64,000 nucleotides of DNA, taken from positions 3,648,001 to 3,712,000 of the forward strand of contig CAVTTN010000002.1 in NCBI GenBank assembly GCA_963737655.1, given 5' to 3'. Source of the DNA: an uncultured Planctomycetota bacterium. Lineage in GTDB: Bacteria > Planctomycetota > Planctomycetia > Isosphaerales > Isosphaeraceae. Numbering within the stretch: the stretch's first letter is position 1; every line of letters starts with the position of its first letter. A model generated the notes under the pieces. It saw nothing but the letters and a program-made list of their open reading frames with translations, was not told where the DNA came from and did not search any database. The position numbers and the translations under genes are program-made. Shown here piece after piece: positions 11,401-19,669 of the stretch.

Positions 11401-12915
11401 CCCCTGACCAACCGCACGCAGAACAGCGCGGTGAACGCCAACCCGCTCGGCCCCCAGATCCCCGGCGGGGTCCTGGACCCGACGAACCTCCAGGTCCAGG
11501 CCGCCGCCATGAGCAACGGGGGCGCCTTCACGCCTCCGGTGGCCATGAAGACCGAGGAAGGCCAGACGTTCGAGAGGACCGACCGGCCCGATTTCATGCC
11601 CCTGATCAACCTGATCAAGGCCTCGGTCCAGCCCGGGACGTGGAATGACTTCCACGGTTCGAGCGACATGAACGGCGCCTACGGCCAGGGGGCCGGCATG
11701 GCCGGCGGAGGCGCCGGCGGCGAGCCGGATGCCCAGATCGGCACGATCACGCCGTTCTACCTCAACATCAGCCTGATCATCCGCCACACCGCCGAGGTCC
11801 ACGACGACATCGTCGACCTCCTCCGGCAGCTCCGGCGGCTCCAGGACTTGCAGGTCTCCATCGAGGTCCGGTTCATCACCGTCAGCGACAGCTTCTTCGA
11901 GCAGATCGGCGTGGACTTCGACTTCTCGATCCAGTCCGACGCCATCGGCCGCAAGAGCACCCTGGCGAACGTCAACCCGGCCGTCCTGCCCGGGGCGAAC
12001 ACCACCGGTACCAACGTGACCGGGGGCACCACCGCCACCACCGCCGGGACGAACGATTACATCGTCAACCCGATCCGCGACCACGCCATCGGCAGCAAGG
12101 CGCCCTTGATCGTCGGCCACACCGGGGCGAGTACCGGCAACGGCAACCCGGGCGACTTCACGCCCGACTTCCAGTTGCCGTTCACCCAGGGGTCGGCCGG
12201 CGTGATCTCGCCGTTCAACGCCCTGACCGGCAACACGGCGGCCACCTTCGGGATCGCGTTCCTGAGCGACCTGGAAGTCTACCTGTTCATCACGGCCGTC
12301 CAGGGAGACACGCGGTCGAACATCGTCCAGGCGCCGAAGGTCACCTCGTTCAACGGGGCCCAGGCGTCGGTGTTCAACTTCACCTCCCGGAACTACGTGG
12401 CGACGCTCACGCCGATCGTCGGGGCCGGGGCCGTGGCCTTCTTCCCCACGATCGGCCAGGTGCCCGACGGCGTGACCCTGATCGTCACCCCGGTCGTCTC
12501 GGCCGACCGCCGGTACGTCCGGATGACGCTCGCGCCCAACTTCATCACCTTCACGCAGTTCGACACCTTCACCATCCCGGCGGCCGTCGGCGGCGGCGGC
12601 CTGGGCGGCCAGTCCTCGGCGATCAACGCCCAGGTCCAGCTCCCGGTCTTCTCGCTGACCAACGTCTCGACCACGGTGACCGTGCCCGACGGCGGGACGG
12701 TGCTCCTGGGCGGCGTCAAGAGGCTCCGCGAGCAGAGGATCGAGGCCGGCGTGCCGATCCTGGCCAAGACCCCTCTCATTGACCGCTTCTTCCGCAACAT
12801 CGGCATCGGCCGGACCACCGACAGCCTGATGCTGATGGTCACCCCGCGGATCATCATCCTCGAAGAAGAGGAAGAGAAGCTGGGCATCCCGCCGGTCCAG
12901 AACGTCACGTTCTGA
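8497..12915 (+). CDS. Large outer-membrane secretin (GspD/PilQ family) with N-terminal helical TPR-like repeats and a Pro/Ala-rich linker
   Basis: TTG start after AAAGGAGGT and a signal peptide. Secretin motifs: 'QVSIEVRFITV', 'VQAPKVTSFNG', 'TTVTVPDGGTVLLGG', 'GVPILAKTPLIDRFF', 'LMLMVTPRII'. Confidence 0.9.
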   Translation: MGRLRTLTILMTLGAWGATSFGAPPDDAPPDQGLAPAPAERPAPPVDPSRYVKAAASLAKKGDPKAADYIEAADRYRDMLSADDQATLDGLKTSRTDPAPANPPADAPPALGGGLTEPASAPGGTTKDRAVRMLAQARMALADGQIEQARRFAQDAQALKAEFKASEDHPGRVLDDIDRVASGISTRGGTPTDAKQQARWLLQGAREQLAAGNYEECEKKVNEARALNIHWTLFDDTPSKVAADLAKLKPKTTAPGTRGDRTQAQAKLKQAREMLASGDYDAAEGIASEVASWNVRFSLLGDNPQKVVAAARALRKRDLTRNAGKNAQPSEALYNAAVAQARQFYNAGRLDEAEAQARRALAMNVSPSLTAERAESVMHDVSIARERAATPSPSPTAVASAPALGAAPSDPAVSPAQAPVPIVPAEPPSAAAEKAGTQLLEQGDKAGAMAKFDEARTLHQQEEAAATGLAAPAAPPALAEAPPAQAPGLGDAPPAQPPALAPVGEPAAAPALSGPAAEPLASPAGPGGDALEQARALLTNGNYPAARTAALRAKDSGAGLAADEMLAQIGQTEQQAALQIYESAIAAIRKGTDADMGHARILLNELTSLEGLDESTQQKVQDLLYKLAPERAGKAEIGTVEDKDAVEAQKLNAEVGTKVAEARRLMETDPEKAIALLLATVDQVKASGCKPAVVKNMTHRLELAVETARKDKAAFDNKMKEKGFRAEIERKRLRILEADKARKERMKDLMARAEEATAAGRYEDAEKFYGMAADLDPNEVAAIAGRTMSRIKRHYERDLRTKSAKEETALEAWQLVDESAIVSANVQRNGIEYDKGFVALTKSRRDLARRMAPVKAPEIVETEKVLNKPISLNLEKKTLGEALQYLSEMTGLNIVTDTRALAEESLTMNSPVDFKVNDLKLKTALKLMLNNMSLTYRVDEGGVVMITSPQSNRQKTETRVYQVADLVIPLTNRTQNSAVNANPLGPQIPGGVLDPTNLQVQAAAMSNGGAFTPPVAMKTEEGQTFERTDRPDFMPLINLIKASVQPGTWNDFHGSSDMNGAYGQGAGMAGGGAGGEPDAQIGTITPFYLNISLIIRHTAEVHDDIVDLLRQLRRLQDLQVSIEVRFITVSDSFFEQIGVDFDFSIQSDAIGRKSTLANVNPAVLPGANTTGTNVTGGTTATTAGTNDYIVNPIRDHAIGSKAPLIVGHTGASTGNGNPGDFTPDFQLPFTQGSAGVISPFNALTGNTAATFGIAFLSDLEVYLFITAVQGDTRSNIVQAPKVTSFNGAQASVFNFTSRNYVATLTPIVGAGAVAFFPTIGQVPDGVTLIVTPVVSADRRYVRMTLAPNFITFTQFDTFTIPAAVGGGGLGGQSSAINAQVQLPVFSLTNVSTTVTVPDGGTVLLGGVKRLREQRIEAGVPILAKTPLIDRFFRNIGIGRTTDSLMLMVTPRIIILEEEEEKLGIPPVQNVTF

Positions 12916-12951
12916 CCGGGGGACCGCGCGTCGTCTCACTTCCCGCGACCG

Positions 12952-12990
12952 GCCGCCGGGGGAATTCGTTCCCCCGGCGGCTTCGCGTTT
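12952..12990 (+). terminator. Rho-independent terminator after the secretin gene
   Basis: 13-bp stem gccgccgggggaa / ttcccccggcggc, TTCG loop, followed by ttcgcgttt. Confidence 0.75.
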
Positions 12991-13041
12991 GATACAGTCG
13001 GTCAAACGCCCCGAGCCGCCTCTCGCCGAGGACCCGGACCC

Positions 13042-13743
13042 ATGACCGCCGCCCTCCTGATCGCCGTCTCGCTCGCCCTGCCCGGCCAGAGGACCGATGG
13101 CCCCCCGCCCGATACTTACAAGCCCGACCCGGCCCTCAAAGCCCTGGACAAGAGCGGCGCCCTGTTCTTCGATCCCCGGGACCGCAGCCTCCTGATCCGG
13201 GCCCGGGTCTGCCTCCGCGAAGGCTACCTGGAGCACCTCCTCTGCGCCGAGAGGACGAAGGAACACGAATCGATCCTCGCCACCAAGGCCGACCCCCGGG
13301 CAGTCAAGGCGGGCCTGATCCTCACCGGGGCCGAGGAAGGCCACCCGGTCCGCTATCAGCCCAAGTTCGAGCCGCCGGCCGGCTCCTCGATCCTGATCCG
13401 CGTCGATTGGCTCGACGGCGACAAGACCCGGACCGCCAACGCCCGCGATTGGGTGAAGGACGGCAAGACCGGCAAGCCGATCGACAAGGATTGGGTCTTC
13501 GCCGGCAGCCAGCTCTTCCCCGACCCGGAGAGGCCCGGCAAGACGATCTTCGCGGCCGACGGCGGCGACCTCTTCACCGTCGCCAACTTCACCTCGGCGA
13601 TCCTCGACGTCCCGTTCGCCAGCACCGGCAACGACGCCGAACGCTCCTTCGTGGCCAATACCGACGCGATCCCGGCCAGGAACTCCTACGTCTCGCTCAT
13701 CCTCCGCCCCTCGAAGCCGGACGGAGCGAAGTCAAAGCCCTGA
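13042..13743 (+). CDS. Exported YdjY-like domain protein
   Basis: Short signal-like N-terminus. 'LEHLLC...KEHESIL' and 'WVFAGS' match my recollection of YdjY-domain proteins; not verified by a search. Confidence 0.55.
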   Translation: MTAALLIAVSLALPGQRTDGPPPDTYKPDPALKALDKSGALFFDPRDRSLLIRARVCLREGYLEHLLCAERTKEHESILATKADPRAVKAGLILTGAEEGHPVRYQPKFEPPAGSSILIRVDWLDGDKTRTANARDWVKDGKTGKPIDKDWVFAGSQLFPDPERPGKTIFAADGGDLFTVANFTSAILDVPFASTGNDAERSFVANTDAIPARNSYVSLILRPSKPDGAKSKP

Positions 13744-14254
13744 GCAGGACCTCCACCGAGGGCCGATCCGCCGGATCTTCGGAACGGTAAGCGAAGACGA
13801 GCCGGCGATCGGCGGCGATCACGAAATCGCCCCCAAGCTGGTGAACGTCCCCTCCCGATCGGCTCGGCCGGCGGCCCCGGAGGATCGCGCGGACGTATCG
13901 CCAGACCACGCGAGGGCGGAGGAGCCGCCCCCACCCCGCCGAACCGAGCCCGAACGCCGAATACGCGGCGAGCTGGGGGTCCGAGACCACCGGAAACGAC
14001 CAGCCCAACTGCTCCCGATAGCCCGGGAGCCGCTCCGGAGGCTCGAACGAGACGACGAGCACCCTCGCGCCCTGGGCAAGAATCGCCTCGTAACCGCCTT
14101 GCACCTCGCCGAGGTGCTCCTGGCAAGGCAGTCAAGCCAGGTGACGGAGGAAAATCAAGAGGAGCGGATGGCCTTCCTCCTCCGAAAGGCGGATCGGAGG
14201 GCCGTCGCCGCTCTCGAACTGGAAATCCGGGACGACCCGGCCGATCTCGATCAT
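13697..14254 (-). CDS. Selenocysteine-containing AhpC/TSA-like (thioredoxin-fold, SelL/PRXL2-related) redox protein, 185 aa, with an in-frame TGA at 14134-14132
   Basis: ORFs 14132..14401 and 13697..14104 share one frame. Reading through TGA gives LLLIFLRHLA-U-LPCQEH (UxxC) and later QLGGDFVI. ATG at 14254 has GGGAGA upstream. A SECIS-like hairpin follows the TGA. Confidence 0.85.
14094..14131 (-). promoter_or_regulatory. Putative bacterial SECIS element
   Basis: mRNA after UGA reads CUGCCUU-gccagga-GCACCUC-GGC-GAGGUGC-AAGGCGG: lower stem, bulge, 7-bp upper stem and a G-rich apical loop 21 nt after the UGA. Confidence 0.7.
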
Positions 14255-14394
14255 CGATCTTCTCCCGAGCGAGAACACATCCGCCACGAGCGTCCGAAAG
14301 GCCGTCATGCCCCGCCATGATATGGGCCCGGCGGCTGCCGACGGCGAGGAAAGTCCGCCACTTCCGAGCGATCCTGGCGTCGAATCGCTCAAAG

Positions 14395-14423
14395 TTGACA
14401 TTCCTCATCAGGATGGTTATGAT
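14395..14423 (+). promoter_or_regulatory. Sigma70-type promoter for cysH-sat
   Basis: TTGACA (14395-14400), 17-bp spacer, TATGAT (14418-14423). Confidence 0.7.
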
Positions 14424-14461
14424 TCGACGAACCTCAGAGGACCATGAGGCCGGGGGATGCG

Positions 14462-15187
14462 ATGACGACGATGGTGGAGGCCGTGCCCTCGATCGATCTC
14501 GAAGCGGCAAACCGACTTCTGGACGGAGGAACGCCCCAGGACGTTCTCCGCTGGGCCGTTCAGACCTATTATCCCAGCCTGACGATGGCCACGGCGTTCG
14601 GGCCCGAAGGCTGCGCGATCCTGCACATGCTCTCGGAGATCGAGCCGAGGGTCCGGGTCTTCAACCTCGACACGGGCTACCAGTTCGAGGAGACGCTGGC
14701 CCTCCGCGACCGGATCGCCGAGGAGTACGGGATCGAGGTCGAGCTCGTCCGGGCCGAACAGACGGTCGCGGAGTACGAGGCGGCCAACGGCGGAGCGGTC
14801 TATTCGCACGACCCGGACCGCTGCTGCCACGATCGCAAGATCGTCCCCCTCCGCCGGGCGATCGTGGGCTACGACGCCTGGATCTCCTCGATCCGGGCCG
14901 ACCAGTCGTCCCACCGAGCCCGGGCGGCCACGGTGGCCCTCGACGCCAAGTTCGGGCTGGTGAAGGTCAACCCGCTCCTCCGGTGGTCCCATCGCGACGT
15001 CTGGGCCTACGTCGTGCAGAACAAGGTGCCGTACAACCCGTTGCACGACCGCGGGTACCCCTCGATCGGCTGCTGGCCCTGCACCCGGGCCGTCTCGGCC
15101 GGCGAGACCGACGAACGGGCCGGCCGATGGGCCGGTCAGGCCAAGACCGAATGCGGGCTCCACTCGATGGACAGCAGCCAGTTGTGA
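14462..15187 (+). CDS. cysH: Adenylyl-sulfate/phosphoadenylyl-sulfate reductase (Fe-S APS-reductase type)
   Basis: 'TAFG', 'LDTGYQF', 'CCHDRK', 'GYPSIGCWPCT', 'RAGRW' and C-terminal 'ECGLH'. Confidence 0.92.
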   Translation: MTTMVEAVPSIDLEAANRLLDGGTPQDVLRWAVQTYYPSLTMATAFGPEGCAILHMLSEIEPRVRVFNLDTGYQFEETLALRDRIAEEYGIEVELVRAEQTVAEYEAANGGAVYSHDPDRCCHDRKIVPLRRAIVGYDAWISSIRADQSSHRARAATVALDAKFGLVKVNPLLRWSHRDVWAYVVQNKVPYNPLHDRGYPSIGCWPCTRAVSAGETDERAGRWAGQAKTECGLHSMDSSQL

Positions 15188-15327
15188 TCGGCCCGCCGCC
15201 GACGATGAGAGCGGGCGAGCGGGCGGCGATTCGTCTTGTCGGATCACGAGAGATCGGCGAAAAGACCTCTTGAGATCATGGATCGACGCCCCGGATCGGC
15301 GGCGATCGTCGTTGGTTGAATCCCCGA

Positions 15328-17100
15328 ATGTCCGTCCGACCCGAAAGGAGTCCTCCCATTTCCGCGACCACCCTCAAGACGCCGGGCCTGAACACTCCGT
15401 ATGGCGGGACGCTCGTTGACCTGATCGTGGACGAGGCCCGGGCCGCGGAAATGAAGGCCACCTCAAAAGACTTCGCCAGCGTGGTCCTCGATGAGCGGGC
15501 CCTGTGCGACCTCGAATTGCTCGCCACCGGCGCCTTCTCGCCCCTGACCGGGTTCCTCGGCAAGGCGGATTACGACCGGGTGGTCGCCGAGGCGAGGCTG
15601 GCCGACGGCACGCTCTGGCCCTTGCCGGTGGTCCTGCCCGTGAAGCCCGGCGACGGCGTGGCCGAGGGCAAGACCCTGGCCCTCCGCGACGTCTACGGCA
15701 ACTTGCTCGCGTTCCTCCACGTCGAGGAGCTGTATCAGCCCGACAAGGCCGCGGAGGCCCGAGGCGCCTACGGGACCGAGGATGCCAAGCATCCCGCCGT
15801 GGCCTACCTGAGCCGCTGCCCCGACCACTACGCCTCCGGCCGGTTGGAAGTGTTGCGGACCCCTCCGCACTACGACTTCGTCGAGATCCGCCGGACGCCC
15901 AGCGAGCTCCGAGAGCACTTCCAATCGCTCGGCTGGTCCAAGGTCGTGGCGTTCCAGACCCGGAACCCGCTGCACCGGGCCCACGAGGAGCTGACCAAGA
16001 GGGCGGCCGAGCAGATCGGCGGCGGGCTGCTGATCCACCCGGTCGTCGGCGTGACCAAGCCGGGCGACGTGGACCATTACACCCGGGTCCGCTGCTACCG
16101 GGCCCTGGTGGACAACTACTACGAGCCCGGTTCGGTCGTCCTGAGCCTCCTGCCCCTGGCCATGAGGATGGCCGGGCCTCGCGAGGTCCTCCTCCACGCG
16201 ATCATCCGCCGCAATTACGGCTGCACCCACTTCATCGTCGGCCGCGACCACGCCGGACCGGGCAACGACTCCTCGGGCAAGCCGTTCTACGCGCCGTATG
16301 CCGCCCAGGAAGCGATGGCCGAGCACAAGGCCGAGCTCGGCATGGAGATGGTGGACTTCAAGCAGATGGTCTACCTGCCCGACGAGGCCCGATACGCCCC
16401 CGTCGATGAGGTCCCGCCCGGGACCAGGACGGCCGACATCTCCGGCACCCAGGTCCGCGACAATTACCTGGCCAAGGGCCTTCCGCTGCCCGAATGGTTC
16501 AGCCGCCCGGCCGTGGCCGAGATCCTGAACGAGACCAGCCCGCCGAAGTTCCGCCAGGGGCTGACGATCTGGTTCACCGGCCTCTCGGGGTCGGGCAAGA
16601 GCACCGTCGCGCACGCCCTGGTCGAGCGCCTGGCCGAATACGGCCGGAACGTCTCGATGCTCGACGGCGACGAGATCCGCACCCACCTCTCCAAGGGACT
16701 CGGGTTCAGCAAGGAAGACCGCGACACGAACATCCACCGCGTCGGCTACGTCGCCGGACTGGTCGCCCAGCACGGAGGGACGACGATCTGCGCCGTGATC
16801 AGCCCGTATCGCGAGACCCGCGACCACGCGAGGAAGGCGTCGAAGGGGAACTTCGTGGAAGTCTTCTGCGATACCCCGATCGAGGAATGCGAGAAGAGGG
16901 ACGTCAAGGGCCTGTACGCCAAGGCCCGCGCCGGCGAGATCAAGGGGTTCACGGGCGTGGATGACCCCTACGAGGCCCCCCTGCATCCCGAGGTCACGAT
17001 CGACACGAGCAAGCTCTCGGTCCAGGGATGCGCCGACGCGATCGTGGAGAAACTCCTGGAGCTGGGCTTTATCCTGCCTCACGGCCACATCGCCGACTGA
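15328..17100 (+). CDS. sat: Bifunctional sulfate adenylyltransferase / adenylyl-sulfate kinase; start is ATG 15328 or ATT 15358
   Basis: Sat motifs 'FQTRNPLHRAH' and 'VGRDHAG'; APS kinase motifs 'WFTGLSGSGKST', 'LDGD' and 'FTGVDDPYE'. Confidence 0.93.
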   Translation: MSVRPERSPPISATTLKTPGLNTPYGGTLVDLIVDEARAAEMKATSKDFASVVLDERALCDLELLATGAFSPLTGFLGKADYDRVVAEARLADGTLWPLPVVLPVKPGDGVAEGKTLALRDVYGNLLAFLHVEELYQPDKAAEARGAYGTEDAKHPAVAYLSRCPDHYASGRLEVLRTPPHYDFVEIRRTPSELREHFQSLGWSKVVAFQTRNPLHRAHEELTKRAAEQIGGGLLIHPVVGVTKPGDVDHYTRVRCYRALVDNYYEPGSVVLSLLPLAMRMAGPREVLLHAIIRRNYGCTHFIVGRDHAGPGNDSSGKPFYAPYAAQEAMAEHKAELGMEMVDFKQMVYLPDEARYAPVDEVPPGTRTADISGTQVRDNYLAKGLPLPEWFSRPAVAEILNETSPPKFRQGLTIWFTGLSGSGKSTVAHALVERLAEYGRNVSMLDGDEIRTHLSKGLGFSKEDRDTNIHRVGYVAGLVAQHGGTTICAVISPYRETRDHARKASKGNFVEVFCDTPIEECEKRDVKGLYAKARAGEIKGFTGVDDPYEAPLHPEVTIDTSKLSVQGCADAIVEKLLELGFILPHGHIAD

Positions 17101-17346
17101 TCCCGGAAGGGACGGCACGTCCCTCCGACCGACCTGACCTGGGCCGAGGGCCCGCCTTCGATCGCGATCGGGGGCGGGCCCTCGGCCCTTGTGGGATTCT
17201 GGGGCGTCGAGGAAATTGGGCACTTGAAGGTGACGGGCCGCTCCGCTATCAATCGATAAGGATGATCCGCCCGGGGCCCTCCCCTCCATCCCGGGCTTTC
17301 CGTCGAGGGAGAACGTGACGACGCCGCATCGCGAGGGAGGACCCTG

Positions 17347-17622
17347 ATGGATCACTTCGTCGAGCTGGACCGCCTTCCCGAAGGTTTCGCGATCCCCGAA
17401 GACTGCCGAGATCGCCTCCGGTTCGAGCCGCAATCGCGCCGGCTCCTCCATTCCGGATTCATGAGCAAGGCCGATTACGATCGCCTCTGCCTGCTCACGG
17501 ACGACTGGCCCTTCCGCCGGAAGCTCGACGAGCTTTTCCGGCTCTGCTCGTCGGCACCCTCCCCCCGGCCGAAGGGCTTGCGCCGCCTCGTCTCGTCGAT
17601 TTCCGCCCTCTGGATGGCCTGA
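17347..17622 (+). CDS. Small hypothetical protein (91 aa)
   Basis: Strong GAGGGAGG RBS 6 nt before the ATG; plausible protein composition. Confidence 0.65.
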   Translation: MDHFVELDRLPEGFAIPEDCRDRLRFEPQSRRLLHSGFMSKADYDRLCLLTDDWPFRRKLDELFRLCSSAPSPRPKGLRRLVSSISALWMA

Positions 17623-17799
17623 CGCCCCGGCTTGCCGACCTCTCCGGACGATCGCTTCGAGCCGCATTCAGAAAGGCACGCGAGTTGCTGCGAATGGGTC
17701 GCGACCGGGTCTCACCCCCGCCTCGCCCCGCCCGTTCGCCTCGACTCGTGGAACCCATCTGGACGCGGCAACTCGACGCAGCCCGTCAGGGAGGTCGGC

Positions 17800-19669
17800 A
17801 TGCAACTCGGAGCGGTCTCCGTCGCGAAGAATGGCATGTGGGTGGGCGGGGAGCCGATCCCCGGATTTCGGCTCCTCCGCCAGCTTTCCGGCGAGAATGA
17901 CCAGGAAACTTGGATGGCCGAGGGGCCGGGCCAGGTCGCGGTGTCCCTGACCTTCCTTCGAAGTCGTCCGGGCGAGGCTTCCACCGAGCCCGACCTTTCG
18001 GCGGTCCGCGCACCGCATCATCCCAACGTCCTGTGCGGATTCGGGTCGTGGACGAGGCCCGAGGGCGTCCTCGTGGGCCTGGAGCCTCACGAGCGAAGCC
18101 TCTGGGACGTGGTTCGGGAGAGGATCGAACGGGGCGCCACCGGCCTCGATCGGCAGGAGGCCCTGGACCTCCTGGCCGAGGCCGCCCGGGGCCTCGATTC
18201 GGTCCACGGCTCGGGCCCCGGATCGGGGCCTCGGTGGCTCGCGCCCACCCCGAGCCGCCTGTTCCTGGTCGGCGGCGTGGCGAAGGTCCGGCCCATCTTC
18301 GCGGACGTCGATCACATCGAGACCCGCAACCTCGCCTTCGCCCCGCCCGAGGCGATCCAGGGCCACCCCTCGGCGCTTTCCGATCCTTACGCCCTGGCCG
18401 TCGTGTACTGCGTCCTGGTCGGCGGCCGTCCTCCGTTCGTCGGGTCGGTCGAGGACGTGACTCATGGGCACCTCAACGACCCGCCCGACCTGAGCATGCT
18501 CTCTCCGGTCGATCGGCCGATCGTCGCCCGCGCCCTGGCCAAGGCCCCGGAATCGCGGTGGGCGAGTTGCGGGGCCTTGATCGCGGCCCTCCAGGACGCG
18601 GGACGCCCGCCCGTCGTGACCCCGGAACCGCCCACGCAAAACTTCAACACGCTGGCCCGAGAGGTCTTCGCCCACCGGGCCGCGTCCGTCCTCCTCCTGG
18701 GAGGCGCGGTCCTCTGGGCGTCGGGGTCGCTTCCCAGGCCCGTCATGAAGTCCGTCCAGGCGCGCGTCGAGGCCTCGGCGCCTTCGCCGTTGCCCTCCCG
18801 GCCCAGCATCCGGGCGGAAATCATCGAGCCCCGACCGGCGGCGAACCCTCTCGTCACGATCTCCGCCCCCGTGGCGCCCTGGAAGGTGAAGGCGAACCAG
18901 GAGGAACCAGCCTCGCGAGTCGTCCCGCTCTCGACAGCCTCGACCCGGCCAGCCCTCGAATCCGTGCCGGCCGGGGTCTTCACCGAAGGGGTCTATCCCG
19001 AGACGTTTCCCGCCTTCGAGAAGCCGGGCTCTCCACGAGCGCCTCCCGCCTCGGGGGAGCTTCGTCCCGAGCCTGCCGCCCATCACCGTGCCGACGGCCG
19101 AATCCTCGCCTCCGCCCGACGCCGATCGCAAGATCCTGGCCGAACGGGCCCGCGCCCAGGGCGACGAACAGTTGCGGGCCGGGAAGGTCGCCGAGGCCAT
19201 CGCCCGCTTCACCGAATGCATCCGCCTCGTGCCCGAGGACCCGATCGCCTTCAACAATCGCGGGGTGGCCTATCGCTATCAGGGCGAGTACCCCAAGGCG
19301 ATTTCGGACTACAGCGAGGCCATCCGGCTGAAGCCCTCCGACGCCGCCCCCCGGTATAATCGGGCCTTCGCCTACTTCCAGCTCGGCGATCTCGTCGGGG
19401 CCGGGGGCGACCTGGACGAGGCGTTGAAGCTCGATCCCGCGCATGTCGGCGCCCTGAGGTTGCGGAGCAAGCTCCACGCCCGTCGGGGCGACACCGCTCG
19501 CGAAGCGGCCGACCTGGCCGAAGCCGAACGGATCGATCGCTCGACCCAGGCTCGCAACGCGGCCCCGGCCACCGGGTCGGGCCGCTCCCTGGCGTCTAGC
19601 CCCGTGGGGCCGACAGGCACTCGGCAATCGATTGGCGATCCACGGGGCGAATCACCCCTCGTTCGGTGA
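17800..19669 (+). CDS. Degenerate Ser/Thr kinase-like domain, TM segment, Pro-rich linker and TPR repeats; frameshift somewhere before 19088
   Basis: Kinase-fold remnants 'HHPNVL', 'FAPPE', '[10 protein letters not shown]', 'GRPPF', '[11 protein letters not shown]'. TPR motifs 'AFNNRGVAY' and 'YNRAFAY' lie in frame 19088..19669. Confidence 0.7.

Noticed and set aside
8095..13344. Very long antisense ORFs (also 2138..5209, 4992..7820, 23128..29430 and others)
   Set aside because: Shadow frames of GC3-rich real genes on the opposite strand, with no recognisable motifs.
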